Of a DNA stretch of 64,000 nt, positions 37,251 to 51,530 are shown in pieces. The translations under genes and the position numbers were made by a program. Source of the DNA: Podarcis filfolensis (Eukaryota); the NCBI GenBank assembly GCA_964270895.1, contig OZ185436.1; one strand, given 5' to 3'. Position 1 is the stretch's first letter; every line of letters begins with the position of its first letter. Under the pieces are notes generated by a model that saw nothing but the letters and a program-made list of their open reading frames with translations, ran no database searches and was not told the DNA's origin.

Positions 37251-39104
37251 TATAAAAATAATGATATTCAAATGTCAAATATTTTAACTTGCCAACCACC
37301 CGCTTCAACCCCCCCCCCCCGGAGCTTCCACTCATTGGCAGTGGAAACCCACTCCAGGCTGTAATAAGGGGAAATACACAATTCCAAAGTAGTGGAAATT
37401 GTGAGCTGTCCTGTGGGTAAGTACTGTGAGGACTCGCCTGAGCTTCTCTCAGAAGGGGTAAAAGTGAAAATGCTAATTAACCTCAGCTGTTGGAATGATG
37501 CCCTGAAAGGAATGTGACTTAGAATAGGTCACAAATCATAAGATAATAATAAAAAAACCACAGTGCTCTGGGGACATTAAGCGATTACAGAGAGTTGTTA
37601 TTTGGCTGATTTTCACACATCATTAGCATATGTATAATTTAACGAGTGAACATGCAGAGGATTGGCAAGACATAAGAGACCCCTTCTTGAAACGTGAACT
37701 GTAAATTGAGGTGGCCACACTTAAGAGATTTTAATCATGTTGGAAAAAGTAATGAGATCAATTATATTAAAGACATAAGGAGAAAGAAGTAGGCCTTATT
37801 CTAGTCAAATTTTTCCAATATGGACCTGATGTAAAAAGACGAAATTCCCAGTTATTACTATAAGATATTTAACTGATCAAAATGAATCAGCAGGTTATGT
37901 ATGTTTTAGGGCACACTTTTTCACGGTACTTTAATAATGGACAAAAAGTCAGAGAAATACTCTGAATGAATTTTAGGAAATGTCAAGAGAATTTTACTTC
38001 TAAAATGATAAGATGGGAATTAGTTATCTAATGAAATGCCAACAATACTTGAGATGGTTCAAAGATTGATTGTGCAAGAGGCCATTTACAATTCTGTACC
38101 CCAGAAAATTATGGACGTAGTTAACCCCAGGAACCAAACCAAATCAAGTATCTCATAATCTGCATAAAGGTACTGACTTCACGGTACACCAGTAATATCT
38201 AGGAGTGTAATTTCTCTAATGCCAACCTTGCCTGTCAATGCAACAGTGAAATGGAGGTCACATTTTAGTGTCACATTAGAGGTGGGTGATAAACCATTTG
38301 GCGGTTGGTCCCTGAATAAGGACAAAACCAGAAAACAGGAACCAAATCCCTGAAATTGCTGACAGATTTTCAGCAAGACCCTAATACATTAAGAGGGGGG
38401 TGGAGAGAAATTGCATATGGTTTCAATTACTGTGGACTGCTTTGGCCTCTTGCTCTTTCTCTGAAATTCAAGGCACCCATTTCTCAACCATCTCCCCATT
38501 CTATTTTGGCTTTGCAAATATGACCATGCCACCATCTGGTGTGGCTGATGCCAGCATAGCATTGCAGCAATGATCTCCCTTATACTGACACAACATAGTT
38601 GTGGTTAGTATGACACTCACTGCTAGCGCTAGACTATAATACAAGATGACCTTGACCCAAGGAAACTAATGCTGCAGAACAAACAGGAAGTCGAGGAAAG
38701 AGTTGTAAAACCAAGACCAAATGTATGTACATCAAATAAAAAACATATAGCAAGTAACCCCAATATCCCTAGCACTGACTCACCTATTTCAAATATTAGT
38801 GATGAATCTGTAATGTAACATAAGTTCTGATGTACAAATAAAAAATCCACAGAAATTAAATTAGTTTACCACTGGTTATAAAACCACAAATCTGGAAAGG
38901 GAGGGTGATGATATACACCAGCCTCATATGAAGCACTTAGATTTACCAATCTTGCTCAATCAAAAGACTAGAGTTTAAAAATCCTGTGAATTATATTAGC
39001 AAAGGTGTTGGCCTAGGAAAAAAAGGCTTTATTAAGTTAACTAAAAATGCCACAAAATAATGTGAAAGTTTTCAAGTTCCCCCAAACTCTTCATCAGGCT
39101 AGAT

Positions 39105-39354
39105 CAGGGGTAGGCAACCTAAGGCCCAGGGGCCAGATGCGGCCCAATCGCCTTCTCAATCCGGTCCGCAGACAGTCCGGGAACCAGCGTGTTTTTACAT
39201 GAGTAGAATGTGTGCTTTTATTTAAGATGCTTCTCTGGGTTATTTGTGGGGCATAGGAATTCGTTCATATTTTTTTCCAAAATATAATCCGGCCCACCAC
39301 ATGGTCTGAGGGACGGTGGAATGGCCCACATCTGAAAAAGGTTGCTGACCCCTG
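39105..39354. mobile_element. Non-autonomous hAT (Charlie-like) transposon
   Basis: Ends caggggtaggcaacct ... aggttgctgacccctg; perfect 8-bp TSD ggctagat (39097-39104 / 39355-39362). Confidence 0.93.
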
Positions 39355-40763
39355 GGCTAGATGGTAAAAAAAAGGGGATGGAAGACTGTTGTTCAAACCA
39401 TTATAGTCTGCATCTGACAGAATCTTAAGATGTGATGTGGGACAGAGTAGCCTACATACAAATGAAGCCCTTTCAGGTGCTTTGCAGGTTTCAGGTTGTA
39501 CCCAGGCCTCCTGGAAAAGGAGAAAATGCATAATGGCTGTGCTCTCATTTAATACAACAACCAGTTGTTGCTCTGTTCTGCCTCCCTCACTCCATTTCCA
39601 GACAATAGGGTTTTGTTGCTGCTGCTGCTGCATGTATCAAGTTTATTAAAATGAAACTACACCTGCATTAGAATACACACAGCAGAAAAGGGAGAAGTCC
39701 TTTGTTTTAAAATCAGCTGGTTGCCATCATCAGTGAACCCTCTGGGATTGGCTGCACTAAAGACAAAACATGCCCATCGAAGTTGCCCCAGAGGGAATAG
39801 GTAAATTAAGGATCTGGCCTCCCAGTGAGTTCCAGTCCCCTACCCCTCTCGTGTCTTCCCCCTGCCCACACATTTGTTTCCTCCCGCAATCCTTGAAAAT
39901 TGGACTGGCAGCCAGAAATCTGGGCTAAGCCACTAAAGCTTGAGTAGACCTATTATGCTAGTTTTGCCCAGTGCCTTAACTGTGCAATTAACAGTTAAGC
40001 TGTTTGCCCATTGTACTGTGACTCATGCGCTGGCATGAATATTGATGTCCACTCAAACAAGTTCAGCCTGTGAGCTTGAAGTGGGTGGGACTTACAGCAG
40101 GAATTATCCCAGCATTTAATCTGTTTTATCACATGAGGAGTCCAACCCAGTATCTAATATCACCACACCTTCAGCCCTGCCTGTAACTCCTGCTTTCACC
40201 AGCCACCGTTCTAAAGGGGCCTTGCTTCCTCTGCCTTTGATCTGTTAATTGGCTTTCACCCTCTGATCCCTTCATGCCTCTTCAACATGCAAATTGGATC
40301 TTTCAGGCAGCCTAATTTGCCCAAACTTTTTACACTCTGCTGCCTCATCTCCTACAATCCCCTCTGGTCCCCCTCCTCAGCTCACCCCTCACCTCTTTTA
40401 ATTTGTCACAGGAACTGGGAAAAAAGCCTCAGGGCACCACTGATTAGTTTGGCTTTGCTGCCTCTCTTTCTTTTCAGTAGTGGGTCACCATTCTCTCCAG
40501 TGACTCTGGGAATTTTATTGCCCCTTTCACAGATGGGAGAGAAGCAATTTTGCCCAAAAAAGGGTGGGAGGTGTGGGGGAGAAAGCAAGCCTCTCATCTC
40601 CAAAGCTTTCAAGTTCCCAGTTTGGAGGGGGGGAGGGGAAGGGAAGGTTGCACAGAACCTCCAGTCTTTCTGCCCATGGATTTCCACAGCATGGGTGGAA
40701 CATGCAGGACTAAATTTGTGAGAATAAGCATCCGTTCATGGATGGGAGTGGGAATGTCCCATA

Positions 40764-40989
40764 TAGTGGTACCTCGGGTTAAGTACTTAATTCGTTCTGG
40801 AGGTCCATTCTTAACCTGAAATTGTTCTTAACCTGAAGCACCATTTTAGCTAATGGGGCCTCCTGCTGCCACTGCGCCGCCGCTGCATGATTTCTGTTCT
40901 CATCCTGAAGCAAAGTTCTTAACCCGAGGTAATATTTCTGGGTTAGCGGAGTCTGTAACCTGAAGCGTATGTAACTCGAGGTATCACTG
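40764..40989. mobile_element. Tc1/mariner (Tigger-like) MITE
   Basis: TIRs (c/t)agtggtacctcgggtta ... taactcgaggtatcactg, with TA on both flanks. Confidence 0.9.
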
Positions 40990-41290
40990 TATTGTTAAGC
41001 ATGCTGCTCAAGCACCAAGGACAGTGGCACCTAGTCCTGCACCTGGAAATCTACCATATGTTTTCTCAACAGCAGAATGAGCAGAATTATTTGCTGGGCT
41101 GAGGAAGGACTTTAAATGCACCTCTACTGAAAAGATTATTGTGAAGCAGTAAATCAATACACCAGGAAGAAAGGGTTCACACCAGCATAGTTCCTCCATG
41201 CCGGGCTACTTTTCTGGTCACAGGGAATTTTTCCTTACATGCACACTTTAAAACTAAAGGGATATAATCCATTTTGCTCCCTAATTCAGT

Positions 41291-41451
41291 ATACCTCTGA
41301 ATGCCAGCTGTTGGAAATCATAAGTGGGGAGAGAGGTGTTGCACTCAGTGTCTGCTTGAAGGTTTCCCACAAGCATCTGGCTGGCCATTGTGAGAACAGG
41401 ATGCTGGACTAGATGACCTGCTGGCCTGATCCAGAAGGCTCTTATGTTCTT
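41291..41451 (+). mobile_element. CR1-type 3' end (LINE or SINE tail)
   Basis: ggatgctggactagatgacctgctggcctgatccagaaggctcttatgttctt terminus. Confidence 0.7.
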
Positions 41452-44400
41452 CATTTGCTCACTCCACTTGCTGCATATATAGACTAGGCCCTGCTCAGTT
41501 ATCAGGATCAATCACTAATTCTTAAAAGGGGAACAGGGCTGTACAGTAACCAATTACCCTGGCATTGGATTGGCCCTTCTACTTTTTAAGTATAAAGCAC
41601 CCTGACTTAACCTATTGCAGCAAGAGTTCTTTGGTAATACACATATCACATAAAAATAAAACTCCTTCTTTTATTTGAGAATATTTGTGTTACAAAGCCA
41701 ACTTTTAAGCTGCTATAATGGATGCATTATATGTGTTTTATGGTCAGAGCAAGTGACCTTTAAGTGCCTATATTAAAATGCCCGCAGGCCCTTAATATGA
41801 ATACAGAGGACACAAAAGACAGACAGCAAAAGGGAGTTCTTTGATAGCCAAGATCACTCCTTTAAATTAAAAAAGCAACATACACCAGAAGGGGGAAATC
41901 CAATCAGCAAAAGGTTTACACACCAATGGCATGAACTCCCATAAGGTGTCTTAACCAGGAAGGATAATTGTACCTAAAGGCTACATGAACATCAACAAAA
42001 CATAAAATTTCAACTTGGCTAAGTTGCAACGCTCACGGTGCATAAGCATCCAAGGTCAATAAAGTAATCTTGCCTCTGGCTACTAAGGCTGAACAAGCTA
42101 AATACTGGTTTACAGGCCTCTGGCCAGCAAGCGAGAGAGAAAGATGATGACTGGCTACTTCTCACTGTCCTGCTGATCCTGTTCACATATTCACAATTTT
42201 CACATATTTTCTCCATTTAAATCCTGGCGATGATAAGATGTGAATGACAGATTAAAGAATGAAAAAGGTGTTTTCAGAGACAAACAAAATAAGAATTGGA
42301 GGTGGGTGGGAAGGCCACTCCAAAACACAGCGCTAGTAATACAGCCTCATCAATCTGCAAGGATTGTATTTGTAACACTGTGCAACTCTGTAGTTTCTTT
42401 ATATTTTAACAGATGTTGTGTTTATGGAACTACAAGATGATCTAGGTTTTATGAATAGTGCTTCCCCCCTCCCCAAGATGTTTCTTTATATGATTAACTG
42501 ACTACAGGCCATTTGTTTTACAACAAAGATGGTCAATGATCCATACACACTGATTTATTCAGGCCCCATGTACCGTAATGGTTGATGTCTCCCTGGTACT
42601 GTTCATTAGCATCCAAAAGTGATTGGAGGGATGCAGATTATGAGAGCAGTTCCCCATTGCTCTACATGATAGTTCATTATGTAGGAAAGAACTGACTGGC
42701 AGGAAAACTAAACTCCTGAGAGAAAAGGGAAATATTAAATACTGAAGCAACTATTAAACCCAATTTCAACAGTAAATAGGTAGCATACTCCCATTTCCAG
42801 TTTATGTCCTTTATTGGTTTATACAATAACCAGTTTATACAAGAATATTTCTAACTGTAAATTTAATTATGAAAGTGAATTTTACTTTTACATATATTAA
42901 AGGTGCATCAGTTAAGACTGCATATAATTTTTAGATCAGTTAAGGAAACTAAACATGGAATTTGGAATCAAGCAGATTTCGGCATAGACTACTGTTATTA
43001 ATAGAATTAGACTGGTTGTGAATGATACGCTACATAAGTGCCTCCTTGATTTTGTTATTTAAATAAGTGATATCATGTCTTCTAATATAGGAATTGTACC
43101 ACTTTGATGCGACTACTACTACTATAAGGAACTGTTTATCACTTTTGCTATTATCGCTAATGAAGTCTGTCTAAATAGCTCATAATGCACCCTGAAATTT
43201 CAAGTGTTATATTTGTGTAACACAATATTGTACTTGCTTTGTACAAGATGTAAAATTTCAAGGGTTGTTTTAAGCTAGTCTCACTGTAAGTTCTTCTAAA
43301 ACTTAAAAGAGGACTAGTAACAAAAAATTGCAAAAACCCCCCACACACTTGGTTTCCCTTTTGAAGCTCCATACACCTTCCTGTGTGTTGCCTGGACCTG
43401 AAAACCTGCAGTTTGCATACAAAAAAATAACAACAAAATGTCCTTTTTGGTTTCACAGAAATAATTAAAATAAGGAACAGGTATATTGAATGAAATTTGC
43501 AGCTCAAGCAAAACAGCAACGCACACAATAAGTTATGCACAAACCATTTCTGATCAGAATTTCAATAGCCTTAGGTGATGCAAATAGGCACTTCTGAACC
43601 TTTCCTGAAGCTATGGGACCAAAACATATGGCTGAGATTAGTTACCAAGAGGAAGCTTAATTCCAAAGCCAGCAAAGATTTGATCAACGAGTTTTGGAGT
43701 AGGTTTACATAAACATGAAGGAGAGTGACAAAAGATCTTATCTACACACTGCAGAAAAAGAAGAAGAAAAAGGCCCAGGCACTTTTGGTGTTGAAGAAAC
43801 ACTCCCCACACACACCCCAAAGACATTTTTCATCATTTTCCAAATCAAGAGCATCCTCCCTAAATTTAATATAGCAATTTCAGCTTTCAGAAGAACATTT
43901 TGATATGTGTTAATGAAAAAGAAAGTGAGCTCTGCTGTTCTGGGAGTGAATTCCGAACCATCATACTCACAGTATAAAGATAATTCAGATTTATACTGGA
44001 ACGTAAAAATGATACCAAGCCTCTATATGTGCAGTGTAAGAAATATTGCTAAAAGTTCCACAAATGTTGTTTTGAATTTTCAACAAATGCTGCCTTGTGT
44101 TCACTGTGGAAATCAAATGAATACATTTGTTATTAGTGGCTTGGTAAATATGCTGTGACACTGGCTGTTGTAGTGTTTGGTATCTGTACAGTCAAAGTTT
44201 AGTCAAACAAAAAATGAAATCCTGGGCACTGAACTGAAATGGTTGGGGACAATGGCTCCTAACCTCCCCTGCCGCCCCCAAATAAACCCAACAACACAGA
44301 GTTTAGAAAGAAATATATAATATGAAAGTCTGCCCACCAAAAGCAAAAAGTATTAAAAAATACCTTATTATTAAACCAAACACTGAGGCTGATAAACAAA

Positions 44401-44512
44401 TATACACCAAGTATACTCAGCAGTTAAAACTGAATTGGTAACAAAGTCAAGGCCTCACTTCTAGGATATTTATTCTTGAAAGATAATCACACACATTTGC
44501 AACAAAGGACTA

Positions 44513-44887
44513 AAGGCAAGGGTAAAGGACTCCTGACAGTTAAGTCCAGTTGCAGACGACTCTGGGGTTGCGGCGCTCATCTCGCTTTACTGGCCGAAGG
44601 AGCCGATGTTTGTCCGCAGACAGTTTTTCCGGGTCATGTGGCCAGCATGACTAAGCCACTTCTGGTGCAATGGAACAGAGCAGTGCACGGCAACGGCGTT
44701 TACCTTCCTGCCGGAGCGGTACCTATTTATCTACTTGCACTTTGACGTGCTTTCAAACTGCTAGGTTGACAGGAGCTGGGACCGAGCAAAGGGAGCTCAC
44801 CCTGTCACAGGGATTCAAACCGCTGACCTTCTGATCAGCAAGTCCAAGAGGCTCAGTGGCTTAGACCACAGCACCACCCGTGTCCCT
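44513..44887 (-). mobile_element. Sauria SINE, second subfamily, full length
   Basis: Carries the gtttgtccgcagacag diagnostic segment; perfect 12-bp TSD aacaaaggacta (44501-44512 / 44888-44899). Confidence 0.96.
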
Positions 44888-45489
44888 AACAAAGGACTAG
44901 CATGTCCTAAATCTGCCCCAACAATAGTATCTAAACTGTGTTAATTACTTTTACAAATCCACAGTCCTGAATTTCCTTACTTTTTGTCCTAATTAAACTG
45001 ATGCGGGGAAACTACTCCAATCTCTATGCAAGGGCTTGGTTTTGGTGGTTTGTTTTTTTTTTTAAACAAACTTTACTCAGGAGATGAGGGAACTTCTTGG
45101 ATTTTTTTGTTTTGCCAGGGGGCAGAATTAATTGATCTGGAGTGCCAAAGCATCCCAGGGGACAATGAACTATTTCTGTCCAGAGCTGTGGCCTAATTCC
45201 CATAGCAAATATATCTGCTATATGTCCATTGGGATCTCCCAGTGGACACTGTGAAATGTGAAGGAGAAAATCTAGTTTTTGGAGTCAGAAAGCCACAACA
45301 TGTCACACATTTTTAGATGCACTTCCCCTCCACTCTTGAACGCATCTGCCATGGCAATGTATAAAGGTATGAATTATTCTCAACATTTCTATGTATTGAA
45401 CTAGGATGTCTCTGAGCCAGTATAAGCCAAATAAGCAGCTAAAGTCCTAAGGTACCCATGTGTTCCACAGACACAGAGGCAAGGGTTCC

Positions 45490-45680
45490 CAGAGTGTCAG
45501 CCTAGGACCAGAGAGCCCAGTGTTCTAATCTCCCTGCTCATTGAGTGATCTGCGTTTAATCATTTGTCTCCCAGCCTAACAAGTTTGTTGTAAAGAAATA
45601 AAATGTGCAGGGGAACACCATGTCTGTTAACCACGAACTCCTCAGAGGAAGGCCAGGTTAGCAATGAAATAAACAGGAAG
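45490..45680 (+). mobile_element. Old MIR/Squam3-like SINE remnant
   Basis: Degenerate B box, ctcccagcctaac...gttgttgtaaagaaataaaat core and a gaggaaggccaggtt tail. Confidence 0.5.
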
Positions 45681-47334
45681 TAGTTCGAATTCTTACATTA
45701 TACTCCTTTTATCAATTTGCTACTAAATGAGATAGGAACCAAGAAGAGTCTATAAAAGTAATTTGGTAAATAATGAATACATTCCTGTAAGAATGCAGAG
45801 GGAATCATCTATGAAAATTTATAGAATATATTAGCACTTATGAATTATTCAGAAGCCTTTACTGCATATGGCTTCACACAGATCAGCACTAAACTCACTT
45901 CTTAAACACAGTCCCTGCCCGACCTGCAGCTCATGACTCCTATCTAGACCATTTCAGCTGCTGTGATAAGCAGTTCTGTGCTTAAGGAAGTGGGGTGCAA
46001 GCCCTAAAAATAGCCCTTACTACAGAAAACTCTGGGCGCCATGCTGAGTCCACTCAGTGAACATAGGATTGCTAAGATGTCCCTTTGGATCTAGTGGAGT
46101 ACTGACAGCCCTACTCCTTTCTTTCCACCCATGACCCTGTCTGCTTCAAGCTTCTGTCTCAGTAAAGTCCATTTTACTGCAAGTTTGGGTCCAAGTGCCA
46201 GCCAAAGGGACAGACCGTCCTTGAGCCTTGACACATCCCCTTGGCTATGTTTCGCTACATGCTTGGCTGTGTTCCAGTAGCTGCGTGCAGAGAGCTTTAC
46301 TGGATGCGATATCACCCAGCAAAACACCAACTGCTACTCAGACCCCTCTGCAAGAGGGCAACCCCCCAAACAAAGAAGAATTAACAGGGAGAGACTGTAG
46401 ATGGCAAGATTGCATTATTACATGCAGCAATGTTTTCTGGTGGAGCACAAAAAAAGCAAAAGGAGGTTAGCCCTACCTTGTTCCCTAAGAAAAAAGCTTC
46501 AAAAGCTGAGCAACAGCATCACTGGGACAAATCAAAATGTGACAGAAGCATGGCAAGATTTCAGGTTCTCCAGACCTCTTCAGAATTTAACATCTCAGAA
46601 ATGGGAAGCGACCACTGCTGCTTTATTGCAGAGTCCCTACTTATCCATTGCTTCATTATCCCAGAATCACAGTAGGGCTTCACCTGTAGGAACAGCACAG
46701 CTGCAATACCATAAGCTATATCTACAGAATATTTTGGCATCAAAAGGTTCTGATCCTCTGTTGCTTGACTTAGTTGCATTGTAAGGTATTCTAAGGCAGC
46801 TCCAAGCCATTAATCATACTGAATAGGATACAAAAACTATGTGACCGTTGTATATTTGATTCAAAGGCTGATGAGGTTGTATCTTTGAACATAAGTAATT
46901 TTTTCTGCTCACCTTTTTCATCAGGGCTGGAAAAAGTGAGTCGAGTCCCACCATCAATCACAAAATGCACATACTGATCAGAGTTATACAAGATAGAGCT
47001 GATAATTTGAAGGAAGTGAAGATGCCTAAAATAGAATTGGCTAATTACCCCGTTAGACATCTGAGGGTAGGCGGTATCCAGGATCTTGACTGTCTAAATC
47101 ATAATTTGCAATTAAGACTAATCACTGTAAATATTCTGTATAAAGACTGGGAGCCATGATACAATGTAGAGACAGGCTGCAAATTTTTCTAGTAATCACT
47201 GGCACATCAGGAAAAAAACAGGCCCTTCTGGACCAAGAGATCAAAGGCAATCTCTATATTGACATAACCCTGAAATTTCTCCCAATCACCTATGCAACTT
47301 CTATCCACAGAGTTGGACAGATAACATGATTATA

Positions 47335-47470
47335 TATCAACCTTCCTCCAACCTACAACTGTCCAGATGTTTTGGACTACAACTTCCATCAATCCTGACT
47401 ACTAGGCATGGCAGCTGGGTGTGGTGGGACATGCAGTCTTAGCATCTACCAGTTTGCAGAAGGCTGTTAC
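47335..47470. mobile_element. Decayed hAT-type palindromic MITE
   Basis: tccagatgttttggactacaacttccatca...tggtgggacatgcagtc. Confidence 0.55.
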
Positions 47471-47822
47471 ATGCAGTGCTTAACACATATATTTTTCATA
47501 ACTGTAGTGCAGGAGAGATCAGGAACTCCAATCAAACAAAGAAGGTGCTTATGCTGCAAGAGTAGTATGGGAATAGTAATGGAACAGTGGTGCCCATGCC
47601 ATTGCAGGCTATGCATGAAGTAGGCTTCAGTCACAGATTCACAGGAAGCCACCCCTACCTGCTTTCTATCCCCTATGTCCAGGACTCAGGAGAATCTCAT
47701 AAAAAGACCACACACTTGTATTCATGGAAAAAATCCATAGGTATCCCATATGTAAACTTAACCCTCTTGGCAAAGCCTACAAGGTAACTATGTCATCAAG
47801 GCAGCAATCCAATACACACTTA

Positions 47823-48178
47823 AAGGTAATGGTAAAGGTACCCCTGACAGTTAGGTCCAGTCGCAGACGACCCTGGGTTGCGCGCTCATCTCACACTATA
47901 GGCCGAGGGAGCCGGCGTTTGTCCGCAGACAGCTTCTGGGTCATGTGGCCAGCATGACTAAGCAGCTTCTGGTGAACCAGAGCAGAGCACGGAAGTGCAG
48001 TTTAGCTTCCTGCCAGAGCGGTACCTATTTATCTACTTGCACTTTCACGTGCTTTTGAACTGCTAGGTGGGCACGAGCTGGGACCAAACAACGGGGGCTC
48101 ACCCCGTTGCGGGGACTCGAAGCGCCGACCTTCTGATCGGCAAGCCCTAGGCTCAGTAGTTTAGACCACAGCACCACC
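47823..48178 (-). mobile_element. Sauria SINE, second subfamily
   Basis: Same gtttgtccgcagacag segment as the 44513 copy; short TSD cactta; a few 5' bases missing. Confidence 0.95.
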
Positions 48179-49271
48179 CACTTACCAGGGATTAAATTCC
48201 ACTGCAGTCAAGAAGGCTTACTTCTGAGTATACATACTGTGCTGCAAGTCTTTTGGGGTGTGAACTTATGGGCTTTCAGGCTTAGCTTTTCCAGCATCTT
48301 ATAGGCCTTCACTATTCACCAGCCCATAAAACCAACTGAATGACATTTACCTGCCTCAAGAGCATTTGGTGGCTCAGCTGAGTAGTACTAGAACTGCTTC
48401 ATCAGCACGAATGCTACCTATTAATGTATCTGTGACAGATGAAAGGAAACTTGATTATATTAATTGCTTATGGCGTAGAATGAAACTGCTGGGCCTGAAA
48501 AAGCATGCCTATAAACAATGGCAATTCTTCCAGTTCAAGCTGTAGGTCAGCTTTTACGTGCACTAAGGAGATTAACTTTATTGCTAGTGAAGAATTTAAT
48601 TACAGGAAGTGATTAGCCAAGTGCTCCTGATCAATGCAAGCATAGAACAAACTGTGTTCAGTTTGCAGTTGTGGCAATTTGTTTTAACACAAAAAGGCCA
48701 ATGCCTAAAGGAAAAAATGGTTTTGGTATTGGAAGACATTTGATACAAGCACAACACAAGTCTAGGCAGGGCAATTATTCTCCACATTCCAGTGACCACC
48801 CACTCATTCAAGCATTGTTCCATAGCAAAGGGGGTGGGGCAGAGAGTTTCTTAGAGCTTGAAAGGTTGTTTCCCTTTAGAGTAGGAGAGAAAATAAAAAT
48901 GTTTGCAGTGCTTTCTAAAATAGTTTCAGAAATTGTTGTAAGAAAACCAGACATTTTTAACACAAATACAAACACTCCAATGACATTTCATCTATTAAAG
49001 CCACCAATTTGCTTCTGAGCTTAATGCAACATCACCTGTTTTGTCTACCTTACCTCTTGCCTTTTGGCAAGCAGCTAAAACACGAATCTTTGAGAGAGCA
49101 ACTGGCCTCATTTAACTCCAGTTGCCCAAGCTACAGCTTGTTTCCATTTTAATTCCTGTGGTTGTTTGGTCCTTATGGTTGCTAATTCTTGTGAGTAGTT
49201 CTGTTTCTGTTAAAAACATTCATTCAAACAAAACAGAACCCTGTGATTGGAATCCAACTTGTGCATATTTC

Positions 49272-49418
49272 CAGTGCTTTTTTTCTGGGAGGACGCAGGG
49301 GTACGCATACCCCTAAACATTTTGTGAATCTAAGTTTGGCCTCATTGAGGTGCAGTATTTCAATATGAGTAGGAAAATGAGAGTACCCCTAAACATTTTT
49401 TTTAGAAAAAAAGCACTG
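49272..49418. mobile_element. hAT-like MITE (TIR CAGTGCTTTTTTTCT)
   Basis: Perfect TIRs and perfect 8-bp TSD catatttc (49264-49271 / 49419-49426). Confidence 0.92.
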
Positions 49419-49947
49419 CATATTTCCAATGGAAAGATGGAAAATAAATGTTTTAACAAACAATAAAATATTTATTAAGACTTATTTACTAGCCATGATA
49501 CGATTTATTTATTCGTAGGCATATTTATACCCTGCCCTTAACCATGCAGTCTCATGATGTCCAGGCACTTTGAATGTTAATTTCTTACAAGGCAAAAACC
49601 TTGCTGGTCAAATGCCTACACTTTCAAGAGCTTCATCCAGCTACTCCATTAGTGACAAGAGGTCCACTTCTTTCCTTGGGACACTAGTCAGAGCAGAAAT
49701 GTATTTGCTCCAGTCAGCAACCAAGTTAATGAACTGAGTCCTGCTTGTAGTATCTGCCTTCGTACACAGCAGTCTCAGGTAATGTGGATGTCTCGTTTGT
49801 AATTCAATGCAACTAACTCATCATCATTCATTCATGTAATCACATCTTCCATTTAAAATCGTTCATCACCATTCAAAATAAAAAGCCTGTCAAAGTATGC
49901 ATGGAGCTTTAACTGAACCTATTTTCAAACATATGCAGCCATAATTT

Positions 49948-50103
49948 GGGGGGAGGGCCATAGCTCAGTGGTAGAGCATCTGCTTTGCATGCAAAAAGTC
50001 CCAGGTTCACTTGCCAGTATCTCCAATCAGCTGCAGTCAGTGTATAACATAAAACCAGATAGATCAAAGAGTCTGCCTTGTTATAAGGCAACTTTCTACA
50101 TTC
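49948..50103 (+). mobile_element. tRNA-derived SINE, Squam2-like, internally deleted
   Basis: gggccatagctcagtggtagagcatctgctttgcatgca..gtcccaggttca head and ttataaggcaactttctacattcc tail; no complete tRNA 3' arm. Confidence 0.8.
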
Positions 50104-50914
50104 CCGTAATTTTAATATAGCTTATTTAAGACTGAAAATCTAAGCATGTCCACCAGAAATAAAGCTCCATTGAGTTTAATGGGATCTACTTGTGAGGAAG
50201 CAAGTGTAGGAGTGGACTTCACTTCTTCATTCTTTTTTAGACTGGCAACTTGCTCCTGAACAATCTTACAGAACCCAATGAGATTATTCAAGTGTAAGCA
50301 GTTCAAGGATGAAACTCTGAGAGAGATAAGCCACCTTGCTATCCAAGTGGAAATATGAGGTATGAAAATGCAAATGTTGGAAGATTGTGCTTATGAGTAA
50401 TGTGAGATAAGTCTTTCATTATTTGCAGGTGTCATTTCATCCGAAAATGGCAGCCAACACAGAGACCAAATTAAACTGCTCTTAAGTTGTAGACTGAGCA
50501 TATTTAAATGTCATTTGTAATTAGGAGGCTTTAGGAAGCATCGGAAGAACATTATTAACCCATACTTTCCCATTCAGCTTTCCACCACTTTCATCATCAC
50601 AAAAAGTCTGATTGTAGGTGGGGGATGGGTTTGTAGCACAAGGACACTAAATTAACTTTAATTGTGCAACCTGAATTTGCTGGTATGTGACTGAATAAAA
50701 TAACAACAGTCTGGGAATGCCTTACTATATTGTCTGCACAGGCTAACAAAGGTGCAAGAGTTTTACACAGGAGTCTTCTTGATCCCTACCTGTAACTGCA
50801 TTGTTTTTTACGTCACGTCCCATGAACATATTATAAAGTATTTGTGTTCTATGTTATAAATCAAGCATTGCTAGGAGTGGTTTCTTTCTGATTTCCAAAG
50901 TATTTCTGATCAAT

Positions 50915-50988
50915 AAAAAATGTGGTGTGGCACGAGCAAATTTTTATTCTGAAAGTGTGGCCCAGAGAAAAAAGTTTGAGAACCACTG
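50915..50988. mobile_element. Terminal fragment of a hAT element
   Basis: Ends aaagtttgagaaccactg (reverse complement of a CAGTGGTTCTCAAAC-type TIR). Confidence 0.55.
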
Positions 50989-51418
50989 ATCTAACTGCTA
51001 TAGACAAATGTTAATTTTGAAAGATCCAGTTTAAATTAGTGTAGTGCTTTCCTCAGAGCACTGGTCAAAGTGATGTGATAATTGCGGTGGGGGGGGGAGA
51101 GACAGAGAGAAAGAGAGAAGCAACAAGCAAGAGATTCTGGCGAGAGAAACCTTATACTTCTGGAATACAGGGGATAAAGTGCCACTAGGTGACTGTAATT
51201 CAGTGTTTAGCTTTCTGAAGCACTTTGAACCAAGTTGAACCACATTTGAAGTTCATGAAGGATATTAATAACCGTTTAGATGAACATTTGCAGGCCTCCT
51301 AGGTCTAGTTTTATTACCGTACAAATGTGAAAAACCACAGTGCAGGAAAAGTAGCTGCTGTATCTTCTCTCTTTAAAAAAACCACACACACACAGAGAGA
51401 GAAAAGAACTGAGTAATT

Positions 51419-51530
51419 AGAACATAAAAGAGAGCCTTGTGGGTCAGACCAGAGGCCTAACCTGTGCAGCATTCTGTTTCCCAAAGTGGTCATCCAGATG
51501 TCTACAGAAAGCCCACAAGCAGAGTATGTA
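51419..51530 (-). mobile_element. CR1-type 3' end, degenerate
   Basis: agaacataaaagagagccttgtgggtcagacc is the reverse complement of the tail seen at 41291-41451. Confidence 0.6.

Noticed and set aside
39617-39632. Short (CTG/CAG)n run as a homologue of the SCA12 repeat
   Set aside because: Only 4-5 units deep in the intron. The SCA12 repeat lies by the CpG-rich B-beta1 promoter, which is not in this window.
49948-50020. Functional tRNA-Ala gene
   Set aside because: The T-arm and acceptor stem are broken, and the sequence continues into a SINE body and tail.
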